NCBI GenBank assembly: GCA_029262635.1 | Contig: JAJCZA010000005.1 | Coordinates: forward strand, 535,135 to 599,134 | DNA length: 64,000 bases | From: Vampirovibrionales bacterium | GTDB lineage: Bacteria; Cyanobacteriota; Vampirovibrionia; Vampirovibrionales; Vampirovibrionaceae | Direction: 5' to 3' | Shown: positions 37,489 to 46,339 of the stretch, piece after piece | Numbering within the stretch: the stretch's first letter is position 1 | Layout: every line of letters starts with the position of its first letter | Position numbers and translations under genes: made by a program | Notes under the pieces: generated by a model | Databases searched by the model: none | Seen by the model: the letters and a program-made list of their open reading frames with translations, nothing else | Told to the model about the DNA's origin: nothing

Positions 37489-38690
37489 CCTGAAACCGGT
37501 TCCATAATGAGTTCGTCGCTGTCTAATGGTTTTTCGATTTCTTCGATGTCTTTGGCGTGGAGGGCGTTTTTTAGGCTGGTGTCGCCTTGGTAACTTTTAA
37601 TGAGTTCCGCTTCAAAAAAGGTCAGGGCTTCGACTTCGGTTTCGATTCGGGCGATTTTCTCTTCGCCTTTAAAGACGAAAAATTTTCCTTTACCCCCGGC
37701 AATACCAATATCCGCTCGCTCACATTCGCCGGGGCCGTTGACGAAACAACCCATGACGGCCACATGAAGCGGGCTTTTACCGTAGATGCGATCATACTTA
37801 GCCACCATGGCCTCGACTTGGCGGGTCAGGCCGTGAAGATCAATTTCGCACCGCCCGCAGGCCGGGCAACTGACAATATCCGAGCCGGTTTTTCGCAGGC
37901 CGAGGCTTTTCAAAATCTCATGCCCCGCAAAGACCTCTTCGATGGAATCCGCCGTGAGCGAAATACGGATGGTGTCGCCAATGCCTTCGCTGAGCAGAAT
38001 CCCTAGGGCTACGGAACTTTTAATAATACCCCGTTTCAGCGTTCCGGCTTCGGTCACGCCGAGATGGAGTGGGTAAGGTACCTCACTGGCCAGTCGCTGG
38101 TAAGCGGCCACGGCATCCATGGGGTCGCTGGCTTTAACGGAAATTTTCATTTGGTCAAAGTCTTCTGCTTCCAGCAGGCGCACGTTCAATTGGGCGCTTT
38201 CCACCAGTTGGGTCACCAGATTGTCCGGGTACTTTTCTTTGACGCTTTTTTCAACGGAACCACTATTGACACCGATTCGAATGGGGAGGTCCCGTTCTTT
38301 GGCCTTGGCCACCACCGCCCGGGTAAATTCGGCCCGGCCAATATTTCCGGGATTAATGCGCAGGCCGTGGACGCCATTATCCGCCGCTTGTAGGGCGAGA
38401 CGGTAATCAAAATGAATATCGGCAATTACCGGAATAGGCGAGGCGGGGACAATCTGCTTTAGGGCATCGGCAGCTTCTTTATCCGGAACGGCCACCCGGA
38501 TAATCTCGCACCCGGCGTCCGCCAGCCGCTGAATTTGATACACACTGGTTTTCACATCCCGCGTGTCATTCACTAACATGGATTGAACCGCAATGGGCGC
38601 ATCGCCACCGATTTCGACGGGACCCACATGGATTTTTTTAGAGGCACGTCGTTGGTTTTGTTTTTTATTATTGGTTAGGTCAGTAGTCAT
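37485..38690 (-). CDS. ispG: HMBPP synthase (MEP pathway)
   Basis: IAVQSM, ADIHFD, RINPGNIG, RIGVNSGS, LHLGVTEAG, GIGDTIRISL, CPACGR, MGCFVNGPGE. Confidence 0.96.
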   Translation of the reverse strand: MTTDLTNNKKQNQRRASKKIHVGPVEIGGDAPIAVQSMLVNDTRDVKTSVYQIQRLADAGCEIIRVAVPDKEAADALKQIVPASPIPVIADIHFDYRLALQAADNGVHGLRINPGNIGRAEFTRAVVAKAKERDLPIRIGVNSGSVEKSVKEKYPDNLVTQLVESAQLNVRLLEAEDFDQMKISVKASDPMDAVAAYQRLASEVPYPLHLGVTEAGTLKRGIIKSSVALGILLSEGIGDTIRISLTADSIEEVFAGHEILKSLGLRKTGSDIVSCPACGRCEIDLHGLTRQVEAMVAKYDRIYGKSPLHVAVMGCFVNGPGECERADIGIAGGKGKFFVFKGEEKIARIETEVEALTFFEAELIKSYQGDTSLKNALHAKDIEEIEKPLDSDELIMEPVSG

Positions 38691-38737
38691 AATTGAAGTT
38701 TTTATCTGAATTAAAGTAGGTAATTAAAGCAGAAAGA

Positions 38738-39469
38738 TCATTTAGTTTCTTCAGGACTGCGAAAGTCTAAGGGAGAAAAGTTTTGTGAATAGTGACAGGG
38801 TAAGGTTAAAGGTATGGAATCACTTTTATCATAGTCGTATTCATGAAGCCAGTGTGTGACATTAAATGCGTCAACTGACTGATCATCAAAAAGTAATATC
38901 CAACCAACTGGCCACCAAGATACCTCTGCAACTATTTGGCTATAACTTGTTTTGAAATTTATAGGAGATGTTATGCCTGTTGTATAGCGACCACTCCTTT
39001 GGCATTTTAAATAAAGGTAAATATGTAGCGGGTCAATAGATCCGGTTTTTTCTCTATTTAGTATTAATTCTCGGAGAATTTGTTGTTTGTCTGAGAAATC
39101 AGTGCCACAAGTACAACAGAACATAGCGAGTACTTGCTTTATAATCCTTAGAGGAAAAACATCCCGTACAGTGATTGGAAGGTCTTTTTGAGCATTTCCT
39201 TCGTGAGCAAGATCGACAAGTTGTTTGATAAATTCTATGTAGGGTCTTGCATACCAGCTTCCTGTGTCATTGTTGCATTTTCGACAAGAAACCCGTTCGG
39301 CACTACCCCCCTGTCGCTGTTTGCCTTGCCAAGTTAGTTCTCCACTGTGCAGCTCAAGGGCTTGAAGTAATACGGTATCTTCGTTAAAAGCTCTTCTTGG
39401 AGGAACATGTTCTCTAGAGAGGGGGCCAATACGGCCACAGATACAACACTTACCTTCGGTGTTTGGCAT
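38738..39469 (-). CDS. HNH/Zn-finger endonuclease-like protein
   Basis: CCICG..SREHVPP...CRKCNN. AT-rich; starts 3 nt after the upstream stop. Confidence 0.7.
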   Translation of the reverse strand: MPNTEGKCCICGRIGPLSREHVPPRRAFNEDTVLLQALELHSGELTWQGKQRQGGSAERVSCRKCNNDTGSWYARPYIEFIKQLVDLAHEGNAQKDLPITVRDVFPLRIIKQVLAMFCCTCGTDFSDKQQILRELILNREKTGSIDPLHIYLYLKCQRSGRYTTGITSPINFKTSYSQIVAEVSWWPVGWILLFDDQSVDAFNVTHWLHEYDYDKSDSIPLTLPCHYSQNFSPLDFRSPEETK

Positions 39470-39472
39470 TAT

Positions 39473-41176
39473 CTAGACCATTGGCTCTTTTTCCGGGTAG
39501 TATTCTTTGAGATAGCCGGGGGTGGGGAGGCTTTCTTTGTAGAGGATGTCTCGGGGGACGCCGAGGTTAATGGTGTCCCACGGGAGGATTTCCGATTCCG
39601 GGCGTTCCCGCAGGGCGTACCAATCGAGTTCGGGGAAATCGAGTTCGCCTTCAGCCCTGAGTTCTTTCATGGCGCGATTAATATGACCCAGCGAACCGCC
39701 GTGTTCGTAGAACCGGACAAGAAGCTTGGAGAGTCGTCGATCACCTCGGGACAAAAACGCCTGAAAGTAATCCCACTTGGCGCTGGTGGCCCGAACATCA
39801 CAGGTTTTAGCGAGGCCCTTTTTTAGGCGCTTAAATCGCGCGTCCACGTCTTTATTATCTGGGCGACTCATCCACTGGAAGGGGGTGCCACCTTTGGGCA
39901 CGAAGGAACTGGAGCCCAAAATAATTTCTAAACCCGGCGCCGCCTGCTTTACTTCTTTCATTAGGGCTACGGTTTCGTCAATATCTTCAGGTGTTTCGTC
40001 GGGAAGAGCTACCATGCCGTAAAATTTCAGTGATTTTAGTCCGCCCGCTTTGGCGATTTCAGCGCACTGAATGATTTGTTCATGTTTCAGGTTTTTATTA
40101 ATGCGACGACGAAGTTTTTCCGAACCGGTCTCAATGGCCACCGTGAGCTGGCGCTGATTGCCCCGGACAAACGTTTTAACAATATCCTCGGTGATGGTAT
40201 CCACCCGCAAAGACGAGGCGGAAATATCCAAGTCCGGGTTTTCATCGAGTTTTTTGTGGAGGTGAGCGCAGATATCGTCAAAATTCGGGTGATTGGAAAT
40301 CAGCGCCCCTAAAAGCCCGAGCTTGTTGGTGTGTTGCAGGCCTTGGTCAATGATTTGAATAATACGATCCGCACTGGGTCCACGAGCCGGGAGCATAGAA
40401 TAGCTGGCGAGGCAGAAGCGGCACCGGTGGGCGCACCCTCGCATGACTTCCACCAGAAATTTATTGGCAAAAATAGCCTTGTCCGAAATAATGGGGCTGG
40501 AGGCGACAAAGTTATCCATGTTTTCGATCAGGCGTTTTTGCACAACGGTGGGAATGTCATCGTATTTGGGGGTGATGCTTTTAATGGGGCCGTCCGGGCT
40601 TTCGTATTCAACCTCATACAGTCCGGGAGCGTAAAGACCGGGAACTTCCGCCGCGATGCGTCGAATGAGTTCTTCTCGATCTGTCAGGTGTTCGTATTTT
40701 TTATAGGCTTGGGTTAGTTCGCTCATCATCTCTTCGCCTTCGCCGACGAGGAAAAAATCAAAAAAGTCGGCAAAGGGCTCTGGATTACTCATGGGTACCG
40801 GGCCACCGGCAAAAATTAGGGGATGACTTCGGTTCCGGTCTTTGGCGAAAAACGGGATGTTGTATGTCTCGAATGTTTTAAGAATCGCGATGACATCCAG
40901 CTCAAAGGAAAACGAAAAGCCCATGAGTTCAAACTGGCGAGGGTCGTAATCGGTCAGCGTATCCATATAGACCCGGCTGACATTAACATCCGGATTTTGA
41001 TCCATGTCTTTAAAGAGAATGAGATAGCCCAATGATGACAGGGCAATCTGATAGCTTGCGGGATACATAAATCCGAGATTGACCGCATCGGGGTTGGGCG
41101 GGACAGGATCGTAAAGATAGATCTCTTGTGCCTCGTCCTTGCGGTAGACGGCGTCTTTTCGGGTGGTTTGAGCCAT
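39473..41176 (-). CDS. B12-binding-domain radical SAM protein (TIGR03960-like)
   Basis: YPASY..ALSSLG, FSFSFELD, AGGP...NPEP, EVMRGCAHRCRFC, SSLRVD, FVPK..TPFQW, LSRGDRR. Confidence 0.9.
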   Translation of the reverse strand: MAQTTRKDAVYRKDEAQEIYLYDPVPPNPDAVNLGFMYPASYQIALSSLGYLILFKDMDQNPDVNVSRVYMDTLTDYDPRQFELMGFSFSFELDVIAILKTFETYNIPFFAKDRNRSHPLIFAGGPVPMSNPEPFADFFDFFLVGEGEEMMSELTQAYKKYEHLTDREELIRRIAAEVPGLYAPGLYEVEYESPDGPIKSITPKYDDIPTVVQKRLIENMDNFVASSPIISDKAIFANKFLVEVMRGCAHRCRFCLASYSMLPARGPSADRIIQIIDQGLQHTNKLGLLGALISNHPNFDDICAHLHKKLDENPDLDISASSLRVDTITEDIVKTFVRGNQRQLTVAIETGSEKLRRRINKNLKHEQIIQCAEIAKAGGLKSLKFYGMVALPDETPEDIDETVALMKEVKQAAPGLEIILGSSSFVPKGGTPFQWMSRPDNKDVDARFKRLKKGLAKTCDVRATSAKWDYFQAFLSRGDRRLSKLLVRFYEHGGSLGHINRAMKELRAEGELDFPELDWYALRERPESEILPWDTINLGVPRDILYKESLPTPGYLKEYYPEKEPMV

Positions 41177-41313
41177 GGGGTTGGGTTACCTAATTACAAT
41201 TTCGTCACATTCGTTTTAATATATGGGCATTCTATTTATTATTTTTCGAAATAGAACAGGCTAATTCTAGTGTAGAAGCCACTATAACACCGACGAAAAG
41301 GGAACACAAAACC

Positions 41314-42411
41314 ATGACCACTTTGGCCCCCGAAATTAAAGAAACACTGCCGACGAACCGCTTGGAGCGAAACGAGGCGTTGCGCCTGTTTCAAGAAGCG
41401 GATTTGTTTACCTTGGGCATTATGGCCGAAGAGGTAAAATATCGCTTTCACGGGGCGAATCCAGCATATACGTTTGTGATTGACCGAAATGTGAACTACA
41501 CCAATGTGTGTAATGTGGATTGTCTATTCTGCGCCTTTTATCGTCCGGCAGACCACCCGGAAGCTTATACCCTGACTTTTGAGCAAATTAAAGAGAAGGT
41601 GGAAGAGCTGATGCTTGCGGGTGGAACCCAGCTATTGCTTCAAGGCGGCGTGAACCCGGATTTGCCGTTTGAGTATTACACGGATCTGGTGCGAAATATT
41701 CGAAATGAATTCCCGGAGCTGACCATTCATGCTTTTTCGCCGACAGAAGTCTCTTTTATGGCAGAGCAGACGGGGCAATCTGTCAAATGGATTTTAGAGC
41801 AGTTGATTGATGCCGGTATGTCGTCCTTGCCGGGCGCCGGCGGTGAAATTCTCCACGATGATATCCGGCGCAAGGTTAGTCATAAAAAAGTGAAGACTGA
41901 AGACTGGATGGGTGTGATGGATACGGCGCACAAGCTTGGCATGAAAACCTCATCGACGATGATGTTTGGCATGATGGAAGAGGATTGGCACATTATCGAT
42001 CATCTGTTCCGCATCCGAGAACAGCAGGATAAAACCGGCGGATTCCTGTCCTTTATTCCGTGGACTTTTCAACGAGCCAACACCAAGTTAGAACGCTTGC
42101 CCAATCAGGCCGCTACCGGACTAGAATATTTGCGAGTCAGTGCCATGGCCCGGATTATTCTGGATAACGTCCCTAATATCGGTGCATCGTGGATTACCCA
42201 AGGCGTTAAGCTCGGTCAAACCGCTCTGACGATGGGCGCTAATGATATGGGCGGACTGCTCCTCGAAGAAAACGTGGTGACCCAAGCCGGAATCAACCCC
42301 ACGAGAAAAAGCGTCGAAGAAATGGTTAAAGCCATCCACGACACCGGCCACGACGCCGCCCAACGCGATACGGCGTATAATATCTTGAAGGTCTTTCCGG
42401 TGGGAGTGTAA
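41314..42411 (+). CDS. mqnC: cyclic dehypoxanthine futalosine synthase (menaquinone, futalosine pathway)
   Basis: FVIDRNVNYTNVC...C.FCAFYR, LLQGG.NP, PGAGGEIL, TMMFG, FIPWTFQ, ASW.TQG, GAND.GG..LEENVV. Confidence 0.88.
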   Translation: MTTLAPEIKETLPTNRLERNEALRLFQEADLFTLGIMAEEVKYRFHGANPAYTFVIDRNVNYTNVCNVDCLFCAFYRPADHPEAYTLTFEQIKEKVEELMLAGGTQLLLQGGVNPDLPFEYYTDLVRNIRNEFPELTIHAFSPTEVSFMAEQTGQSVKWILEQLIDAGMSSLPGAGGEILHDDIRRKVSHKKVKTEDWMGVMDTAHKLGMKTSSTMMFGMMEEDWHIIDHLFRIREQQDKTGGFLSFIPWTFQRANTKLERLPNQAATGLEYLRVSAMARIILDNVPNIGASWITQGVKLGQTALTMGANDMGGLLLEENVVTQAGINPTRKSVEEMVKAIHDTGHDAAQRDTAYNILKVFPVGV

Positions 42412-42414
42412 ACA

Positions 42415-43143
42415 TTATTGATTTTTCTTGCTTCTCAATTCTTCTAATAGTCGTTCAGACAAATCAAGAATAGTATTCCAGTCGGCTAATATTTGTGCGT
42501 GAAATTGAATCATGGGTGGATCGGTTTCAGAGTCAGCTACAATAAAGGGCTTAAAATTTTCTGACTGAGTTTGGTTAATGTTGCTTTTAAAGTCTGCCCT
42601 TTCATTGGTTCTCTTCTTATAATCTTCCGCCTTCTTTGGGGTTAAACAAAAGGGTGGAATATAAGGAGGCATTCTATGTGCGAGAGAGTGGCGGAATTGC
42701 TCTAAATTTTCTTTCCACTTTGTAAGCCGCTCAGAATTTAGATACTCTCTGAATTCCTCAGATAACTTCCTTTGAATTTTTTTATTAAATAGACTTACCT
42801 CATGCTTTCTTTTAGACTCAAATTGGGTTTCTGTAACCCATATCCAAGCAAGGTTATCAATGCAGCCATAAGTATTGAAAGAAAATGCTTGCAGGTTAAT
42901 AGTAATATCAGTGAGAGTCTTATCAGACGGTCCTTCTGCTTGATTTAGAGGGCAAAGCATATAAGTATTTTGAATACACCTTTTTAAAGTAGACATTCTA
43001 CGAAGTAACCCGTTATATACGTAATTGGGGTATTCCTGAGTGTCGAAAAAAAGAGTATATTTAGATACTAGGTCTTGATGGGTTTCTTCTACAGAGTTGT
43101 AGCCTGTTGTAAGCTTCTTGATGTTTTCTTGAGAATAAAACAT
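42415..43143 (-). CDS. HEPN-like protein (Cthe_2314-type)
   Basis: INLQAF..N.YGCIDNLAW and RxxxxH motif RHSLAH. Strongly AT-rich. Confidence 0.65.
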   Translation of the reverse strand: MFYSQENIKKLTTGYNSVEETHQDLVSKYTLFFDTQEYPNYVYNGLLRRMSTLKRCIQNTYMLCPLNQAEGPSDKTLTDITINLQAFSFNTYGCIDNLAWIWVTETQFESKRKHEVSLFNKKIQRKLSEEFREYLNSERLTKWKENLEQFRHSLAHRMPPYIPPFCLTPKKAEDYKKRTNERADFKSNINQTQSENFKPFIVADSETDPPMIQFHAQILADWNTILDLSERLLEELRSKKNQ

Positions 43144-43188
43144 TTTCTCTTGTTTCTTACTTATTTAAACACTTGCTCTATAGTAACA

Positions 43189-43232
43189 AAAAAGCTGTTC
43201 TCAAAGTCTTCCAACTTTAGGAACAGCTTTTT
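43189..43232 (-). terminator. intrinsic terminator after the MNIO-yceI operon
   Basis: AAAAAGCTGTTC...GAACAGCTTTTT inverted repeat 17 nt past the yceI stop. Confidence 0.7.
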
Positions 43233-43248
43233 AAATAATGGATTCGGG

Positions 43249-43908
43249 TTACTTTAGTGATTCGGGGTCATCGGTGGCGAAGGCGTCAATGGTTACATTC
43301 ACGGTTTCAGATAATTTGACGAACAGGGCTTCCGGTCGGGGAATGCCGTGTTCGGTCAGAGTGACGGGAAACGTTCCTCGAATACGAATCATATTACCGG
43401 ATTTGAATCGTTTATGGGTGGTGAGCGACTCTTCAAAATAAGTAACCTTCATAGAAGCCGATTTCGGCACGCTCACACCATGAATGGTAAAGGGGCCGGT
43501 GGCGTTGATGGTGACCACATCACCGGTTTTAAACGGAGCTTTGGCCTTGGTTTTAATGCGAGTGGCCTTAAATGTCGCTTTTGGGAATTTTGCGGTATGT
43601 AAAAAGTTATCCCGCATGTGCTGGTTTCGCAGTGGGATACCCGTATCAATGCTGGCTAAATCCACATTAAAGGTTACTTCAAACGGGTGCTTTTTATCAA
43701 ACGTGAATGAATCATCGTAGCAAACTTTGCCTTTGATTTTATTGGTGACCCCTTCAATTAGTTCTACCGGAGCATCGGACGAGAAGCGGACCACATCCCG
43801 GTTTGAATGGTCGTCAATATAAAAACATTTGGCTTCGGCACCTGAGGGCAAAAAGCTAACCATCCCTAAAAGAGCGGCGAGTACGACTAAAAATTTAATT
43901 TGTTTCAT
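43249..43908 (-). CDS. YceI-family periplasmic lipid/polyisoprenoid-binding protein
   Basis: Sec signal (AEA), VDLASIDTG...RNQHMR..FL.T.KFP.ATF, G.FTIHGV. Confidence 0.88.
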   Translation of the reverse strand: MKQIKFLVVLAALLGMVSFLPSGAEAKCFYIDDHSNRDVVRFSSDAPVELIEGVTNKIKGKVCYDDSFTFDKKHPFEVTFNVDLASIDTGIPLRNQHMRDNFLHTAKFPKATFKATRIKTKAKAPFKTGDVVTINATGPFTIHGVSVPKSASMKVTYFEESLTTHKRFKSGNMIRIRGTFPVTLTEHGIPRPEALFVKLSETVNVTIDAFATDDPESLK

Positions 43909-43933
43909 TGATGTTGATTCCTTTATTCTGATT

Positions 43934-44830
43934 CTAAATGACTGTTACGGAGCCGGATAAAACTCCCAAAGAATAGCACTGGTTAAGAAGTTTAAGCCCT
44001 TCTTCAAATAGCTTTTCTTTAGGAATCGCTTCCAATTCTGGCATGGTTTTTTGTAGCGTTTCCAAGGTTTTCAAATAAGATGATGATTTTTCTGACGTCG
44101 ACATAAACGCTGAGGTCAGCGGATTTAATCGGAAAAACCGAGCCTTTAATGTTTCGGGATCCCGATAAATTAAGATATCACTGGGCGCCGGTTTTACCTT
44201 TGAAAAAATAGTGAGTTGCTCATCCTCTGTCATATCCATTTGCCTTAAAATTTCGGGCACCGGATAGATAAATGACTTTAAGTGCCGAGCTGAATTCCAG
44301 ACGGGTTTCCACTGGCCTAACTCATTAGCAGAGTCAGGAACACCTGGCTCGAATGACTGAGGGAAGACGATGTCAGGCGCATTCTGAACGGTTACTTCAA
44401 TGCCTTCGTACCATGCTAAGTCAGCAAGAAAAGGAAATTTATCTCCTACTTCATTCAAGTTATGACGACAAGTAACAGCAGGGTTAGACGCCATGGTTTC
44501 TAAAAACTCAGGGAAAGCTTCCATGGAGCGATAAAGCTGAAATGAGGTATTGGGATAGATTCGCCGGTAAACTTCGGCCAGATGAACCCATTGAGCATTG
44601 CTAAAAAATCGAGCCGTGTAGGGGAAGATATTGTTCATTGTCGAAAAAATACCGCCTCGCAGTAGTTCTTCGTACAAATACAAGCCTTCTCTTGGAATAC
44701 CAGCTAAATGCTGCCCTTGAGGCGTTTGAGTAAATGCGGTCCACGAGGCTTCATCATTCAGAACGTTATGGCCGTCCATGGTTAGTAAGGCGGTGCCCAA
44801 TTGTTGTTGAAGTTCTTTAACGCTTGCCAT
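43934..44830 (-). CDS. DUF2063 MNIO partner / RiPP recognition protein (HvfC/BufC-like)
   Basis: ELQQQL, LYLYEEL......M..IFP, FPEFL, FLADLAWYE. TAATG overlap with the DUF692 gene. Confidence 0.85.
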   Translation of the reverse strand: MASVKELQQQLGTALLTMDGHNVLNDEASWTAFTQTPQGQHLAGIPREGLYLYEELLRGGIFSTMNNIFPYTARFFSNAQWVHLAEVYRRIYPNTSFQLYRSMEAFPEFLETMASNPAVTCRHNLNEVGDKFPFLADLAWYEGIEVTVQNAPDIVFPQSFEPGVPDSANELGQWKPVWNSARHLKSFIYPVPEILRQMDMTEDEQLTIFSKVKPAPSDILIYRDPETLKARFFRLNPLTSAFMSTSEKSSSYLKTLETLQKTMPELEAIPKEKLFEEGLKLLNQCYSLGVLSGSVTVI

Positions 44831-45738
44831 TATCCTGCCAGCTCCTTTCGCTTTCTAGGAGCCGTTTTTCTTATGACGCCATAATGCTTTTCCCAAAGGG
44901 CTTTAATTCGTTCAATTTCGGGTCTAAGTTCGCTGAAAGGTGGGATATTAAGATCTCGCTCCAGCATCACTCCGCTGGGCTGACATTGTTTTAAGACATA
45001 ATCCAGCAGCTCCCACACCGCCTCTTTAACCGGTGCACCATGGGTATCCACCAAGCCTTCGGGATACTCTGTGTGGCCAGCCATATGAATTTGAACCACT
45101 CGCTCTAAAGGCAACGCATCAAAATAGGCTTTGACATCCCAATGGTGATTCGTGGCGTTCACAAACACATTGTTTACATCCAGCAACAGGCCGCAGTCAG
45201 CTTGTTCTAAAATACTAGCCAGATAGACTTCATCGCTCATCTCATTGTCGGGGTAATTCACATAAAATGAAGGGTTTTCAATCAAGACCGGAATTTGAAA
45301 GGTGTCTTGTAAGTATTTGATTCGCTCGGCCACATGGTTTACCGATGCTTGATGACGAGGCATGGGGATCAAATCGTTAAAATACAAACTGTTAATCCCG
45401 CTAAAGGTCAGGTGGTCGCTAAACCAAGCTGGTTTAACGATGTCGAAAAGTTCTTTAAGCTGTTGAATATAAAGGGGATCCCACGGGTCGGTACTGCCGA
45501 TAGAAAGGCTCACGCCGTGAGAGACAAGAGGGTAGACTGCCATGGCTTTTTCCAGACGTTGACGAGCCAATCCGCCTTTACCCATATAATTTTCAGGGGT
45601 GATTTCCACCCAGTCTAAAATATCGGTGGCTTCCAGTGTCTCCTGCAGGAGGGAATCACGAAGACCCAAGCCGACACCAAGTATCGGCGTTCCTTGGAAC
45701 CCGGCTTGATGTCTCTGTGTCATTTGATTCGCCTCCAT
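44830..45738 (-). CDS. multinuclear non-heme iron oxidase (DUF692, HvfB/BufB-like)
   Basis: GVGLGLR, EITPENYM, HGVSLSIGS, FSDHL, LIENPS, GLLLDVNN..VN..N, IHMAGH, DTHG, LERD. Confidence 0.95.
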   Translation of the reverse strand: MEANQMTQRHQAGFQGTPILGVGLGLRDSLLQETLEATDILDWVEITPENYMGKGGLARQRLEKAMAVYPLVSHGVSLSIGSTDPWDPLYIQQLKELFDIVKPAWFSDHLTFSGINSLYFNDLIPMPRHQASVNHVAERIKYLQDTFQIPVLIENPSFYVNYPDNEMSDEVYLASILEQADCGLLLDVNNVFVNATNHHWDVKAYFDALPLERVVQIHMAGHTEYPEGLVDTHGAPVKEAVWELLDYVLKQCQPSGVMLERDLNIPPFSELRPEIERIKALWEKHYGVIRKTAPRKRKELAG

Positions 45739-45836
45739 TGCAGAAAACTCTGGATTATTTGTTTGTTATTAGTTTAGAGTTAAAAGCTATTAGTTACTTA
45801 CGAAAAAAGCCTAATAATTAACACCAGCTGTGCTGG

Positions 45837-46124
45837 TTATTTGTCGGAACCGCAGGTGCCGGCACCGCATTTATCTCCGCCGCCTTTATCGCCGTGGTCT
45901 TTATCTTTACCGCATTTATCAGAACCGCATTTATGCTCGCCTTTGTCTTTGCCACATTTATCGGAACCACATTTGTCGCCTTCAGCGATGAGGGTGCCGT
46001 TTCCGGTAAATTCGGTCATACCAAAAAGGCCATCGTTAGCTTGAGCTTGTTGATCAACAGCCGCAACACTAGCAACAACACCAAGGGCAAGGGCAACAGC
46101 CGATAATTTATTTTTATAGTTCAT
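45837..46124 (-). CDS. secreted Cys-repeat RiPP precursor (HvfA/oxazolin-like)
   Basis: Sec signal ending AQA. Core has 6 Cys: DKCG x4, HKCG, TCG. Strong AAGGAG SD; immediately upstream of DUF692. Confidence 0.9.
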   Translation of the reverse strand: MNYKNKLSAVALALGVVASVAAVDQQAQANDGLFGMTEFTGNGTLIAEGDKCGSDKCGKDKGEHKCGSDKCGKDKDHGDKGGGDKCGAGTCGSDK

Positions 46125-46219
46125 TGAGGTTAAACTCCTTACTTATTAATTCGAATTAATTCGTTTTTTACCAATTATCCAGTTTAAATATCTTTTTTAA
46201 AAAAGAAGATACTCTAGTG

Positions 46220-46245
46220 TAGACGATACACCCCTCAAATGTTCC
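46220..46245 (-). promoter_or_regulatory. putative ECF-sigma promoter of the MNIO cluster
   Basis: Minus strand GGAAC-N15-CGTCTA about 95 nt upstream of the precursor ATG. Motif match only. Confidence 0.4.
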
Positions 46246-46339
46246 AAAGTTCACTCAGGGAGTTGATTACCGTTCAGTAACCAATAGAAACCCACCGGCT
46301 TTTCAGCTTTACATTTCCTGACATATAACCAAGTTACCT

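Noticed and set aside
45841-46044. PHLS-repeat ORF on + strand
   Set aside because: Antisense shadow of the DKCG precursor.
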